Program-made: the position numbers and the translations under genes | Part shown: piece by piece, positions 27,358 through 37,795 of the stretch | How positions within the stretch are numbered: position 1 is the first letter of the stretch | Layout: every line of letters begins with the position of its first letter | NCBI GenBank assembly: GCA_030648005.1 | Contig: JAUSIP010000016.1 | Span: 1,110-65,109 of the forward strand | Direction: 5' to 3' | Length of the DNA stretch: 64,000 nucleotides | From: a bacterium | Lineage (GTDB): Bacteria > Patescibacteriota > Minisyncoccia > Phycocordibacterales > UBA12445 | The notes under the pieces: generated by a model | Told to the model about the DNA's origin: nothing | Database searches by the model: none | What the model saw: only the letters and a program-made list of their open reading frames with translations

Positions 27358-28710
27358 ATGTTAAGAAATTCAAAAAAGCACTTAATTCTAATATTTAAAA
27401 TAGTTACGCCGATACTACTTTTTGGTGCTGGATTTTATGTTGGAGATAGGTATAGCGATAATTTCGGCATACAAAAACTTTCATCTATAAGCAATAAGGA
27501 GCCAGCTTTGCCGGTGACCGCTGACTTCGCGCCATTCTGGAAGACATGGAATTTGATTAATGAGAAGTTTGTTGATGGTCATGCCTCATCGACCGGCACC
27601 ACAACTGCGGCGTATAAAGCTGCTTACAAGCCAGTATCGGATCAGGAGAAGATCTACGGCGCTATCTCCGGGTTAGTTAAATCTCTTGGAGATCCATACA
27701 CCACCTTTCTGCCACCAAACGAAGCGGAGATGTTCCAGAACGATATCAATGGCAGTTTCCAGGGCGTTGGTATGGAGGTTGGATTAAAGAGTGATCTATT
27801 GACCGTCATTGCGCCACTTGAAGGCACTCCAGCCAAGAAAGCAGGAATAAGGTCGGGCGATAAGATTGTGAAGATAGATGACAAATCGACCGTCGGCATG
27901 TCAGTCGAGGAAGCAGTGAAGATGATCCGTGGGCCTAGAGGCACTTCCGTTACGCTATCAATCCTACGAGAGGGAGAGAAGGATATTTTAACTATTAAGG
28001 TTACCAGAGACACCATAACTATCCCGGTGATGGATATCGGCGAATCGAAGTCGGTCGGTAAGGATGGATCCTTAAGAAACGGTAAGGGTGGCACAGTGTC
28101 AGATGAGAATAATAATGGATTACGTAAAGACGGGATATTTGTAATGAGATTGTACAACTTTTCTGCACCGTCACCGGATTTCTTCCGTGAAGCACTGAAA
28201 AAATTTGAAGTTTCCGGTTCTAATAAATTAATTTTAGATCTAAGAGGCAACCCGGGTGGGTTCTTGGAAGCGGCAGTAGAGATCTCTAGCTGGTTCTTGC
28301 CGTCGGATAAGGTTGTTGTAAGAGAGGTCATAAACAAAGAGGGTGATGAGAAGATCCACAGAAGCAAGGGGTACGATATATTTAACGAGAATCTGAAGAT
28401 GGCAATTTTGATTGATAAAGGTAGTGCCTCAGCATCTGAGATCTTAGCCGGAGCACTTTCAGAACACGGAGTGGCTAAGCTTATCGGTGAACAAAGTTTC
28501 GGTAAGGGTTCTGTTCAGGAATTAATATCGGTGACATCAGACACTTATGTTAAGATGACCATCGCCAAGTGGCTGACTCCAGGTGGCAAGTCTATCTCAC
28601 TTTCAGGCTTGACTCCGGACATCATTGTGCCTATAACTAAGGAGGATGTTCTGAAGGGCAATGATCCACAGATGGATCGAGCAGCCAAACTTTTACTAGA
28701 AGGGAAATAA
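27358..28710 (+). CDS. Carboxy-terminal processing protease (S41 family) with a PDZ domain
   Basis: It has an N-terminal TM helix, a PDZ domain (GIRSGDKIVKIDD), LDLRGNPGGFL and DKGSASASEILAGAL. Confidence 0.9.
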   Translation: MLRNSKKHLILIFKIVTPILLFGAGFYVGDRYSDNFGIQKLSSISNKEPALPVTADFAPFWKTWNLINEKFVDGHASSTGTTTAAYKAAYKPVSDQEKIYGAISGLVKSLGDPYTTFLPPNEAEMFQNDINGSFQGVGMEVGLKSDLLTVIAPLEGTPAKKAGIRSGDKIVKIDDKSTVGMSVEEAVKMIRGPRGTSVTLSILREGEKDILTIKVTRDTITIPVMDIGESKSVGKDGSLRNGKGGTVSDENNNGLRKDGIFVMRLYNFSAPSPDFFREALKKFEVSGSNKLILDLRGNPGGFLEAAVEISSWFLPSDKVVVREVINKEGDEKIHRSKGYDIFNENLKMAILIDKGSASASEILAGALSEHGVAKLIGEQSFGKGSVQELISVTSDTYVKMTIAKWLTPGGKSISLSGLTPDIIVPITKEDVLKGNDPQMDRAAKLLLEGK

Positions 28711-28726
28711 TATAAAGAACAAAGAT

Positions 28727-29170
28727 ATGAAAGTAGTATTATTAAAAGATATACCGAAGGTGGGTAAGAAGTATGACATTAAAGATGTTTCAGATGGACA
28801 CGGAAGGAATTTTCTTATTCGTAACAAGCTGGCTGAATTAGCCACACCACACTCCTTAAGGATGGTGGAAGATATGAAAGGTAAGATCACAGCACAAAAA
28901 AATATAGAGGAAGCACAAGTGGAGGCTGGGTTAGCTAAGCTGTCTAAGGCTAAGATCACACTGAAGGGAAAAGCCAATGAAGAGGGCCACCTCTTCGCTG
29001 GCATTAAGGCAGAGGAACTATCGGATGCGATTAAGGATCAGACCGGATTGACCGTATCTTTTGAACATATAAATTTGGATAAACCGGTCAAGATGGTTGG
29101 AGAACACGAGGTGGAGGTGTCTATGGGTAGTAAAAAGGCAAAATTCAAACTGACGGTGGAGAAAGAATAA
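28727..29170 (+). CDS. rplI: Ribosomal protein L9
   Basis: MKVVLLKDIPKVGKKYDIKDVSDGHGRNFLI. Confidence 0.9.
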   Translation: MKVVLLKDIPKVGKKYDIKDVSDGHGRNFLIRNKLAELATPHSLRMVEDMKGKITAQKNIEEAQVEAGLAKLSKAKITLKGKANEEGHLFAGIKAEELSDAIKDQTGLTVSFEHINLDKPVKMVGEHEVEVSMGSKKAKFKLTVEKE

Positions 29171-29175
29171 CCAAA

Positions 29176-29209
29176 TAAAAAAATCCCCCGTTTAGTGGGG
29201 ATTTTTTTT
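29176..29209. terminator. Bidirectional terminator between rplI and rpmA
   Basis: An A-run, ATCCCC-CGTTTAGT-GGGGAT, then a T-run. Confidence 0.8.
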
Positions 29210-29216
29210 GATTATT

Positions 29217-29489
29217 TTAGAGAACGCTAACTGTAACCTTCTTAATAGCCTTGCCGTTGAATCTCGTCTTTCTTTTTTCTCCGAACTTAACAATTCCGGC
29301 CTTTGTTGCAAACAGTGAGTGATCCTTTCCAACTCCGACATTAGCACCGGCCATTATAACTGTACCGCGCTGACGTACAATAATAGAACCTGCCAGGGCT
29401 TTGTCCCCGTCATAGAGCTTTGTACCAAGATACTGTGGTCCCGAATCTTTTAAGTTTTTGGCTGAACCGCCTGCCTTTTTATGTGCCAT
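29217..29489 (-). CDS. rpmA: Ribosomal protein L27
   Basis: [28 protein letters not shown]...IIVRQRGT. Confidence 0.95.
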   Translation of the reverse strand: MAHKKAGGSAKNLKDSGPQYLGTKLYDGDKALAGSIIVRQRGTVIMAGANVGVGKDHSLFATKAGIVKFGEKRKTRFNGKAIKKVTVSVL

Positions 29490-29507
29490 ATGTTATATTA
29501 GTCTGTA

Positions 29508-29861
29508 ATGAAAAACAGTTTAAACTACTTTATGGAAAAAATCAAGGGGCTAGAGAAAGAGATCTGCTTGGTTGTGCTGGTCACACTTGTTGGCCTTCTT
29601 GGTTTTGGACTTGGGAGATTGTCTAGACTAGAAGAAAGAAGGGTGCCTATAGTCATAAAGAACGAGGCTATTTCGATGCAGGAAGGAAGTACTCCTATTG
29701 AAGCAGGTAAGTATGTCGCCTCAAAAAGTGGCAACTCTTATTACTTGCCCTGGTGTACAGGAGTTAAAAGAATTAAAGAGAATAATAAAGTTTGGTTTGA
29801 TAGCGAAGATGAAGCAAAAACAGCAGGCTATGCACCGGCAAGTAATTGCAAGGGGTTGTAG
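29508..29861 (+). CDS. Membrane-anchored small protein with a C-terminal Cys-containing 'sunset'/Ada-like domain
   Basis: It has a TM helix and YVASKSGNSYYLPWCTGVKRIKENNKVWFDSEDEAKTAGYAPASNC. The family name is recalled from memory. Confidence 0.5.
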   Translation: MKNSLNYFMEKIKGLEKEICLVVLVTLVGLLGFGLGRLSRLEERRVPIVIKNEAISMQEGSTPIEAGKYVASKSGNSYYLPWCTGVKRIKENNKVWFDSEDEAKTAGYAPASNCKGL

Positions 29862-29944
29862 GTTTATGTACAATGTTATATATATATGGTTAATGGTTAG
29901 TCGACCCTTAACTCTATTAATATTTAGTCATAGGATTGAATAAT

Positions 29945-30112
29945 ATGGGTAATAAACTAGTTTGGATTGTCGTAGTAGTTTTGGCGCTCCTTGGTTTGTA
30001 CTACTACTCAATGCCTGCATCTGAGGCTCCTGTGGAGTCAGCTCCAGCAGCTGTAGCCGAGGTGGTTCCAGAGGCTCCTGCTGATGCAGTAGCTCCGGCT
30101 CCGGTTCAGTAA
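29945..30112 (+). CDS. 55-aa membrane-anchored Ala/Pro-rich peptide
   Basis: MGNKLVWIVVVVLALLGLYYYSMPASEAPVESAPAAVAEVVPEAPADAVAPAPVQ. It is below the ORF-track cut-off and is followed by a hairpin plus T-run. Confidence 0.4.
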   Translation: MGNKLVWIVVVVLALLGLYYYSMPASEAPVESAPAAVAEVVPEAPADAVAPAPVQ

Positions 30113-30140
30113 TCTTTCTCTAAAGAGACAAGGAAGGCTT

Positions 30141-30176
30141 TGCTTGATAGCTGTCAGGCAAGGTCTTTCTTTTTTA
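30141..30176 (+). terminator. Putative terminator
   Basis: TGCTTGATAG/CTGTCAGGCA forms a hairpin with G-U pairs, followed by a T-rich run. Confidence 0.45.
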
Positions 30177-30326
30177 AAACATGCATATTTGGCGCGGAAC
30201 TTTGTCAGAAGCTCCGTCTACTCCTCGAAGTACGATTTGTACATCCTCGTCGTATACTCGCTTCTTCCTCGTTCCGCATCCAAATCTGCGAGTTTTAACT
30301 AGCAGATTGACGGGAGGTTTTAATTA

Positions 30327-32396
30327 GTGTTTAATGTTTCAATGACAGAGCACTTCAAATTAAAGTCTGATTGGAAACCTGCCGGCGATCAACCGGAGGC
30401 TATTGCAAAACTTTCAGAGGGACTCAAAGATGGCCTTCGTCACCAGACTCTTTTTGGCGTGACTGGATCAGGTAAGACCTTCACCGCAGCCAATGTTATT
30501 GCCAAGTTCAATAAGCCGACTCTTGTCATTGCCCACAACAAGACGCTCGCCGCCCAGCTCGCACAAGAGTACCGCGAATTTTTCCCAAACAACGCCGTTC
30601 ACTACTTCGTCTCATACTACGATTACTATCAGCCGGAGGCATACATGCCGATCACTGATACGTATATAGAAAAAGATGCAAAAATTAATGAAGAGATAGA
30701 TAGATTAAGACACGCATCGACACAAGCTCTTCTAACTAGACGTGACGTTATTATTGTCGCTTCAGTATCTTGCATATACGGCTTAGGCAGTCCAGAGGAT
30801 TATGAGAATGAGAATTTGAAGATCAAGGATGGCGACGAAATTTCACGTCAGGACTTTTTTAAAAAACTTGTGTCGATACATTTCAATAGAACGAACTCCG
30901 ACCTGACTCCAGGCACTTTCCGTTCACTTGGTAATAACATCGAGATAATGCCAACAGGGGAGAAGGTTATCTTCAATGTAAATATCGCTCTGCGCGGTGG
31001 TAGGAGCTTTATAGATGGTATTTTAAAATTAGATCCAGTCTCAATGCAGATGTTGGAGAAGCTTGATTTCTTCTATCTTTTCCCAGCCAAGCACTTCTTA
31101 ACAAACAAGGATAAGAAGAAGGCTGCGTTGAAGTCTATCCGTGCCGAACTAGCACAGAGACTTAAAGAGCTGAAGAAGGCTGGAAAGATCCTTGAAGCAG
31201 AGAGGATCAAGCGTCGTACAACTTATGATTTAGCTATGATTGATGAAGTCGGCTACTGTAGCGGTATTGAGAACTATTCAAGACATCTGTCTGGCCGAGC
31301 GACAGGTTCACCTCCTGATACTCTGCTTTCATACTTCCCGCACAAAGCTGACGGCTCGGCGGACTTCTTAACCATCATCGACGAGTCGCATGTCACAGTA
31401 CCGCAGATCGGTGGAATGTATGGTGGAGATCAGTCACGTAAGAAGACCTTGATAGAGCACGGCTTCCGTCTGCCTTCTGCTTTAGATAATAGGCCATTCA
31501 CCTTTGAAGAGTTTAGTAAAGCTGTGGGGCAAGTTATATATACTTCTGCAACACCAGCTGAACATGAAAGTAATCTAAGTAAGCCTCCTACTGGTCAGAC
31601 CGTTGAACAGATCATTAGGCCGACTGGACTGATAGATCCTGAAATTATTGTCCGGCCAATAGTACCTTCCGGCAAATACGAAGGCCAGATCCAGGACTTC
31701 ATGAGAGAAGTGAATGATACTATCCAGAAAGGCTTCCGAGTCATCGCTACAACACTAACCAAGAAGATGGCCGAGGAACTCTCAATATATCTAAAAGAGA
31801 AGGGGATTAAAGCGGAGTATTTACATAGTGATATCAAAACAATCGAGAGAATCCAGATCCTGACCGATTTCCGAAGGGGTAAGTTTGACTGCATCGTCGG
31901 TGTTAACCTGTTGCGAGAAGGTCTCGACTTACCGGAAGTTGCACTGATCGGTATCCTGGATGCCGACAAAGAAGGCTTCTTGCGATCTGAATCTGCCCTC
32001 ATACAAACCATTGGCCGTGCTGCTAGAAATGTTTTCGGCAGAGTTATCCTTTATGCGGAAAAAATGACCGGCTCAATGAAGGCCGCGATAGATGAGACAA
32101 CAAGAAGAAGAAAGATTCAGGTTGCTTATAATGAGAAGCATGGCATCACTCCAAAAACTATTATTAAATCTATAAAAGATATTACAGAGAGTATGGAGTC
32201 CAAACACAGCAAGACGGTCAACGCCCTGCTTGAGATCGATAAAAGGGTTTTTGCCAAAAATCCGAAAGCATTACTTAGAGAAAAAGAGCGTCAGATGAAC
32301 GAGGCTGTGAAGCTTCTCGACTTTGAGACAGCGGCAATTCTCCGCGATGAGATCAAGGTGCTATCAGACCTTCATTTGCGTATACATCAGATGTGA
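30327..32396 (+). CDS. uvrB: Excinuclease ABC subunit B
   Basis: GVTGSGKTFT, helicase motifs and a C-terminal UVR domain (FETAAILRDEIKVL). GGGAGG lies upstream of the GTG start. Confidence 0.95.
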   Translation: MFNVSMTEHFKLKSDWKPAGDQPEAIAKLSEGLKDGLRHQTLFGVTGSGKTFTAANVIAKFNKPTLVIAHNKTLAAQLAQEYREFFPNNAVHYFVSYYDYYQPEAYMPITDTYIEKDAKINEEIDRLRHASTQALLTRRDVIIVASVSCIYGLGSPEDYENENLKIKDGDEISRQDFFKKLVSIHFNRTNSDLTPGTFRSLGNNIEIMPTGEKVIFNVNIALRGGRSFIDGILKLDPVSMQMLEKLDFFYLFPAKHFLTNKDKKKAALKSIRAELAQRLKELKKAGKILEAERIKRRTTYDLAMIDEVGYCSGIENYSRHLSGRATGSPPDTLLSYFPHKADGSADFLTIIDESHVTVPQIGGMYGGDQSRKKTLIEHGFRLPSALDNRPFTFEEFSKAVGQVIYTSATPAEHESNLSKPPTGQTVEQIIRPTGLIDPEIIVRPIVPSGKYEGQIQDFMREVNDTIQKGFRVIATTLTKKMAEELSIYLKEKGIKAEYLHSDIKTIERIQILTDFRRGKFDCIVGVNLLREGLDLPEVALIGILDADKEGFLRSESALIQTIGRAARNVFGRVILYAEKMTGSMKAAIDETTRRRKIQVAYNEKHGITPKTIIKSIKDITESMESKHSKTVNALLEIDKRVFAKNPKALLREKERQMNEAVKLLDFETAAILRDEIKVLSDLHLRIHQM

Positions 32397-35074
32397 TGTA
32401 TGGTGTAGGGATGTCTAAAATCGAAAAACCATCCTCCGCACAAGGCTACGGCATGGCGAAGTACGAAAAAAGCGACAAGATAATCGTGAAGGGGGCCCGG
32501 ACTCACAACCTCAAGAATATTACAGTTGAGATGCCTCGCGACAAGATGATTGCCTTCACCGGCCTTTCCGGCTCGGGCAAGTCTTCGCTTGCCTTCGATA
32601 CTATCTTCGCTGAAGGTCAGCGTCGATATATTGAATCTCTTTCCTCTTACGCTCGACAATTCTTGCGTCAATTTCAGAAGCCAGATGTTGATGAGATCAT
32701 CGGCCTTTCGCCTGCTATCTCTATCGACCAGAAGAGCCACTCTTCTAACCCACGTTCGACCGTCGCTACTATCACCGAGATCTACGACTACCTGCGAGTA
32801 TTCTTCGCCCGTGTCGGACGACCGCACTGTTTGGTCTGCGGGACAGAAATCAGGAGACTCTCAAACGATGAGATTGTGGATTTCGTAGTTGAGAAGATAA
32901 AGAAGCATGATGCTGAGGATAAAAATAAAACATCTCAGATCTCTAGAGTTATGGTTTTCGCCCCTGTAGTCCGCGGAAGGAAGGGTGAATATTATCAACT
33001 ACTCTATGACTTACTTAACAAGGGTTACACTCAGGTAAAGATAGATGGAACTATCTATAAACTTCGCGAGCAGATCATTTTAGATAAAAACATTAGACAT
33101 GATATTGATGTCTTGATAGACGAAGTATCGCTATTGGAAGGTATTAAAGCCGAGAATTCTATTAATACAAAAGAGAAGATTATAAAAGATAGGTTGGCGG
33201 AAGCTGTCGGCATAGCACTTGGGCATGCTGACGATACGGTTAAGATAATTTTCAATATGGATCAGGGCAGAGTTGTACTCTCCGGACTTGGACCGAAGTG
33301 GGAAGAGATCGGCATGTCAGCTAAGTACACCTGCCCTAAGGATGGCTTCTCTTTCATGGAAGTCGAGCCGAGACTTTTCTCCTTCAACTCACCTTTTGGT
33401 GCCTGCGAAGTTTGTCACGGATTGGGAACCAAAGAACTCTTTGGCGAAGAGCCTTGTGATGCATGTCACGGCAAACGTCTTCGTCCCGAAGCTTTGAATG
33501 TGCTGATTGAAAATAAAAATATTGTCGATGTAAGCTCCATGTCTATAAAAGAAGCATCAGACTTTTTCAAAGAGCTTAAACTTACAGAACGAGAAGTAAG
33601 TATTTCAACATCGGTGATAAGAGAGGTTGTGAACCGCATTAAATTCATGCTTGATGTTGGTTTAGATTATCTTTCTTTGGATAGACGAGCCGGTACTTTG
33701 TCCGGTGGTGAGGCGCAGAGGATTCGTCTAGCCTCTCAGCTTGGCTCAAGATTAGTTGGCGCATTGTATGTGCTGGATGAACCGACGATAGGCCTGCACT
33801 CCAGAGACAACGACAGGCTGATTAAGACATTAAAAGACCTGCGGGATCTCGGTAATACTATAATCGTTGTTGAGCATGACGAGGACACTATCTTCGCATC
33901 TGATTATCTGGTGGATATAGGCCCGGGTGCCGGTGTGCATGGGGGCGAGATTGTCGTTTCCGGTCCAACTGATGAACTCATCACAGATAAAAAGAAGAAA
34001 TCTTTGACGCTAGATTATCTGCGTGGCGACGCTAAGGTTGAGATACCAGAAAAGAGGCGAGATAAGGAGATGGGGTCGCTTAAGATCGTAGGCGGGAAAG
34101 TATTCAGTATAAATAATTTAAATATCGAAGTACCTCTAGGGAGGCTGGTCTGTCTGACTGGCGTCTCTGGTTCCGGTAAGTCATCTCTGATGGATGAGAT
34201 CATCTACAAGAATCTTCATCAGAAGTTTGAGAGGCGCAACAAGGCTGAACCGGTGAATTGCAAAAGTTTCCTAGGTACAGAATATGTCTCCCGTGTTGTA
34301 TCAATAGATCAATCGCCAATCGGCAGAACACCAAGATCCAACCCGGCTACTTACACCGGTGCCTTCACTCACATTCGTGATATGTTCGCTGAGACGGTAG
34401 ATGCTAAGGTTAAGGGCTTCCGTGCTAACCGCTTTTCCTTCAACGTTAAGGGTGGGCGATGTGAGACATGTGAAGGCAACGGCCAGATCGCCGTCGAGAT
34501 GCACTTCCTACCGACTGTCTATGTGCCGTGCGATGTCTGTGGAGGTAAGAGATTTAATAGGGAGACGCTGGAGGTGAAGTATAAGAAGAAGTCTATACAT
34601 GATGTGCTTAAGATGACAGTGGAAGAAGCGACGAGATTCTTTATAGATATTCCCGCAATATATGACAGGTTAAAAATTCTTGGCGAAGTGGGGCTTGGCT
34701 ATTTAGAGCTTGGCCAATCCGCCACTACACTTTCCGGTGGAGAATCACAGAGAGTCAAGATTGCCTCCGAGCTCTATCGGCCCGGCCTGCACAAGACTGT
34801 CTACCTTCTTGATGAGCCAACTATCGGACTTCACTATGAAGATGTTAAGAATTTAATAGAGATCATCCAGCGACTCGTTAAGCACGGTAATACTGTGATC
34901 GTCATTGAGCACAATATGGATGTCATAAAGTCGGCTGACTACTTGATCGACATGGGGCCCGAAGGCGGGGATCAGGGTGGTAAGGTTGTGGCGGAGGGCA
35001 CACCGGAGGATGTAGCCAAGAATCCAAGATCTCACACTGGACATTACTTGAAGAAAGTGCTAAAAAGAAAGTAG
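32393..35074 (+). CDS. uvrA: Excinuclease ABC subunit A
   Basis: It has two ABC ATPase modules (GLSGSGKSS and GVSGSGKSS) and zinc-finger CxxC pairs. The start is ambiguous among GTG 32393, ATG 32396 and ATG 32411. Confidence 0.95.
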   Translation: MMYGVGMSKIEKPSSAQGYGMAKYEKSDKIIVKGARTHNLKNITVEMPRDKMIAFTGLSGSGKSSLAFDTIFAEGQRRYIESLSSYARQFLRQFQKPDVDEIIGLSPAISIDQKSHSSNPRSTVATITEIYDYLRVFFARVGRPHCLVCGTEIRRLSNDEIVDFVVEKIKKHDAEDKNKTSQISRVMVFAPVVRGRKGEYYQLLYDLLNKGYTQVKIDGTIYKLREQIILDKNIRHDIDVLIDEVSLLEGIKAENSINTKEKIIKDRLAEAVGIALGHADDTVKIIFNMDQGRVVLSGLGPKWEEIGMSAKYTCPKDGFSFMEVEPRLFSFNSPFGACEVCHGLGTKELFGEEPCDACHGKRLRPEALNVLIENKNIVDVSSMSIKEASDFFKELKLTEREVSISTSVIREVVNRIKFMLDVGLDYLSLDRRAGTLSGGEAQRIRLASQLGSRLVGALYVLDEPTIGLHSRDNDRLIKTLKDLRDLGNTIIVVEHDEDTIFASDYLVDIGPGAGVHGGEIVVSGPTDELITDKKKKSLTLDYLRGDAKVEIPEKRRDKEMGSLKIVGGKVFSINNLNIEVPLGRLVCLTGVSGSGKSSLMDEIIYKNLHQKFERRNKAEPVNCKSFLGTEYVSRVVSIDQSPIGRTPRSNPATYTGAFTHIRDMFAETVDAKVKGFRANRFSFNVKGGRCETCEGNGQIAVEMHFLPTVYVPCDVCGGKRFNRETLEVKYKKKSIHDVLKMTVEEATRFFIDIPAIYDRLKILGEVGLGYLELGQSATTLSGGESQRVKIASELYRPGLHKTVYLLDEPTIGLHYEDVKNLIEIIQRLVKHGNTVIVIEHNMDVIKSADYLIDMGPEGGDQGGKVVAEGTPEDVAKNPRSHTGHYLKKVLKRK

Positions 35075-35098
35075 ATCGGAACAAAAAGGAGGCAAGAT

Positions 35099-35482
35099 AT
35101 GACAAGGTCAGAAGGGATCGTGGTTCAGAAACCGGCGAAGACTTTTGTTGATAGGATCAAGGAGGAGTTGGAGACAAACGATAAGACTGAGGAACAGGAG
35201 GTACGATTGTTAATACAGAAGGCGAAGGATGCTCTTAATTCATTGATCGAAGGTCTAATTGTAGAAATTCGGAATACCGGCATTACTTCCAAGGAACTTA
35301 ACAGGGTTGTCAATTTTACTTACTGCGCTCCAAGCCACCAGATCCTGGGTAAGGTAGATAGCTTTTTGGTGGCCTACCTCGCAAATCAAGGATTTACAGA
35401 CATTAAGGCTGAAGCTAGGTCCTCCGGTACCAAGGACGGAAATTTTGTTGGGACGACTATACAGTTCACAATCCCAAAGTAA
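35099..35482 (+). CDS. Hypothetical protein (127 aa)
   Basis: It has AAGGAGG 7 nt before the ATG and its own terminator. I recognise no motif. Confidence 0.55.
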   Translation: MTRSEGIVVQKPAKTFVDRIKEELETNDKTEEQEVRLLIQKAKDALNSLIEGLIVEIRNTGITSKELNRVVNFTYCAPSHQILGKVDSFLVAYLANQGFTDIKAEARSSGTKDGNFVGTTIQFTIPK

Positions 35483-35498
35483 TCTATGGTTAACCAAC

Positions 35499-35522
35499 CG
35501 GCCCGCATGGGCCGTTTTTTTT
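35499..35522 (+). terminator. Rho-independent terminator
   Basis: CGGCCC-GCAT-GGGCCG followed by 8 T. Confidence 0.8.
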
Positions 35523-35545
35523 ATATTCTATATTGATATTATTAA

Positions 35546-35581
35546 ATGTTACAGATGTGACGGCCGTCTGATGTGTAACAT
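35546..35581 (-). terminator. Hairpin directly downstream of truB
   Basis: An ATGTTACA/TGTAACAT stem encloses a GACGGCCGTC core. Confidence 0.35.
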
Positions 35582-35582
35582 A

Positions 35583-36323
35583 TTATTGTAAGTGCCATTC
35601 GCCGATTCGGGTTCTTTTGATTGTCAGCGCAATCGCTTTAGTGCCGAGCATTTTGCCAAGCTCGTGGGCGATCGAACGCATGTAGGCTCCACTTTGGCAG
35701 GAGATTTTAATTTTGGCGATATCAAATTTCTTTATTTCCGGATTTATTTCAAAATATTTTTTCCACGAATCTGTTATTTTATCCTGTCGGAAGTCGCCGG
35801 TGACTTTTTGAGTAGAATCTAATACATATTTTTCTAAGCTATCTCTATCTATGGCGTTAAATCTAATAAGTTCCACGGAATTTATGAACGAATCTTGCTT
35901 CGGTACTTTTATTTTTTTTATTATTCCTTGTCGTGCCCATTCAAAAAGTGGTATCCCCCCTACCGGCTTGGAGGAGTATGGTGGATATGGAAGTTCTACC
36001 TTGCCGATGAATTTATTTAAGGAAGAAATTAACTCATTTTTGTTTATTATTTTTTTCTTCCCACCTTTCACTAGACCTAATATGTCATAGCTGTCAGTTT
36101 CTATGCCGAAGACTATTTCGACCTCATACTCTTTGTCCAGATTCAGATATTTTTCCCTATTTTTATTCTCCTCTCCGACCATAACCAGAAGAAGCCCTTC
36201 AGCCATTGGATCTAAGCGCCCAGCGTATGAAAGTTTTACGGACTTAAATTCCGGCCTCTCTGTCCTAAGTTTATCTAATGCCTGAAGCGGAGTTTGTCCG
36301 ACGGGCTTATTCAGTAGTATCAT
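35583..36323 (-). CDS. truB: tRNA pseudouridine synthase (TruB-like)
   Basis: MILLNKPVGQTP...AGRLDPMAEGLLLVMVG, carrying the catalytic Asp motif. Confidence 0.8.
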   Translation of the reverse strand: MILLNKPVGQTPLQALDKLRTERPEFKSVKLSYAGRLDPMAEGLLLVMVGEENKNREKYLNLDKEYEVEIVFGIETDSYDILGLVKGGKKKIINKNELISSLNKFIGKVELPYPPYSSKPVGGIPLFEWARQGIIKKIKVPKQDSFINSVELIRFNAIDRDSLEKYVLDSTQKVTGDFRQDKITDSWKKYFEINPEIKKFDIAKIKISCQSGAYMRSIAHELGKMLGTKAIALTIKRTRIGEWHLQ

Positions 36324-36379
36324 CTGTGTATTCTTATTTATTCTGTAACGTTTGGCAATATGATACTATTATACTCATA

Positions 36380-37339
36380 ATGATGACTAGAGTGGCGGTA
36401 TTAAGAGGTGGGCCAAGCTCGGAGTATGACGTCTCGCTTAAAACGGGGGCTAATGTGTTGGCCGCCTTGGCACCGAAATATAAGACCAAAGATATTTTAA
36501 TATCTAAAGATGGTACATGGCACATGGATGGCATACCGGCTACTCCGGAGAAGATTGCTAGGGGTGTAGATGTAGTCTTTATTGCCCTGCACGGCGAATA
36601 TGGCGAAGATGGACAGGTTCAGCGGATCCTCCATCAGCTCAAGGTGCCGTATACGGGTTCGGAAGCATGGCCGTCATCAGTGGCTCTGAATAAGGCTCTC
36701 ACTAAAGATCATTTCAGAAAGCACAACATCAGAACTCCGCACGGGATGCTGGTTTGTAATGATGAAGACGTAGAAACTCTGGCGGCAAGAATATTCAACA
36801 AGCTTTCTCCGCCCTGGTTCGTAAAGCCGAACACCGGAGGTTCTTCTATTGGTGCCGGACTAGCCAAAGATATTCAGAGTCTTATAAATCGTTTGCAAGA
36901 ATCTTTTAAATATAGCGACACGGTTATTGTGGAGGAGGCGATCATGGGACGAGAGGCGACCTGCGGAGTTATAGATAATTTCCGCAATAAAAAGCATTAC
37001 GCTCTCTTTCCAATAGAGATTATTAAGCCGAAAGCTAGAGACTTCTTCGACTACGAATGCAAGTATGACGGTTCGACTCAAGAGATCTGCCCGGGTAATT
37101 TCACAGCTAAAGAAAAACAGGAGATGCAGAATGCTGCACTAAAGGTGCACAAAGCATTAGGATTAAGACATTACTCACGTACTGATTTCATTGTCTCACC
37201 ACGGGGCATATACACGCTTGAGGTGAACACTCTGCCTGGCCTTACTTCAGAATCTCTCTTTCCGAAGGCTATGGCTGCTGTGGGCACCAATTATCTCGGC
37301 TTTCTAGAGCATCTCATTAATCTGGCACTTAAAAAATAA
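36380..37339 (+). CDS. ddl: D-alanine--D-alanine ligase
   Basis: MMTRVAVLRGGPSSEYDVSLKTG with an ATP-grasp core. I trimmed the start from the track's 36278, which overlaps truB. Confidence 0.9.
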   Translation: MMTRVAVLRGGPSSEYDVSLKTGANVLAALAPKYKTKDILISKDGTWHMDGIPATPEKIARGVDVVFIALHGEYGEDGQVQRILHQLKVPYTGSEAWPSSVALNKALTKDHFRKHNIRTPHGMLVCNDEDVETLAARIFNKLSPPWFVKPNTGGSSIGAGLAKDIQSLINRLQESFKYSDTVIVEEAIMGREATCGVIDNFRNKKHYALFPIEIIKPKARDFFDYECKYDGSTQEICPGNFTAKEKQEMQNAALKVHKALGLRHYSRTDFIVSPRGIYTLEVNTLPGLTSESLFPKAMAAVGTNYLGFLEHLINLALKK

Positions 37340-37361
37340 AAAAACCTCCGATGAACGGAGG
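37331..37361 (-). terminator. Terminator shared by convergent ddl and the RidA-like gene
   Basis: CCTCCG-ATGAA-CGGAGG with a T-run on the minus strand. Confidence 0.65.
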
Positions 37362-37377
37362 AGTGTAACACTCTGTA

Positions 37378-37740
37378 TTATTGGTTGAAGTTAAGCGAAG
37401 CCAGAGCCTTAATTGCCACACGAGCCCCAGACCAAAGTCCCTTAACAACTACACACTCTCTCGTTGGATACTCGTTTGGAGGATGCCAAAAACTACCGTA
37501 TGTCTGGTTCATCTCTTCATAATCAGCCTGATCGATCAGAGATATTCTCACATCCATTACATAACTCAGGTCAAGGTCAAAATGCTTAGAGAGTATTTCT
37601 TCGATATTTTTTAATATCTGTCTCGTCTCGACCCCAACTCCGCCCCCAACTAGAACTCCATTTTTATCTAATCCAATCATACAAGAAAAAAATATATAGT
37701 GGCCATTTCTGCGATAGAGGCTGTACGGATGCCTGTCCAT
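37378..37740 (-). CDS. RidA/YjgF/L-PSP family protein
   Basis: Length of 120 aa and the patterns ETRQILKNIEEIL and ARVAIKALA. Confidence 0.6.
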   Translation of the reverse strand: MDRHPYSLYRRNGHYIFFSCMIGLDKNGVLVGGGVGVETRQILKNIEEILSKHFDLDLSYVMDVRISLIDQADYEEMNQTYGSFWHPPNEYPTRECVVVKGLWSGARVAIKALASLNFNQ

Positions 37741-37795
37741 ATTACTGTCTCCTTGATTGTATAAAGGATTCTTGTCCTATCTATGAGCAATTTTA

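Noticed and set aside
36278-36379. N-terminal extensions proposed by the ORF track for ddl (36278), rpsM (45579), rplU (57553), the RSH gene (18112) and the DUF5680-like gene (55246).
   Set aside because: The extensions overlap neighbouring genes or promoters and lack homology-like sequence. Internal starts match conserved N-termini or have better initiation signals.
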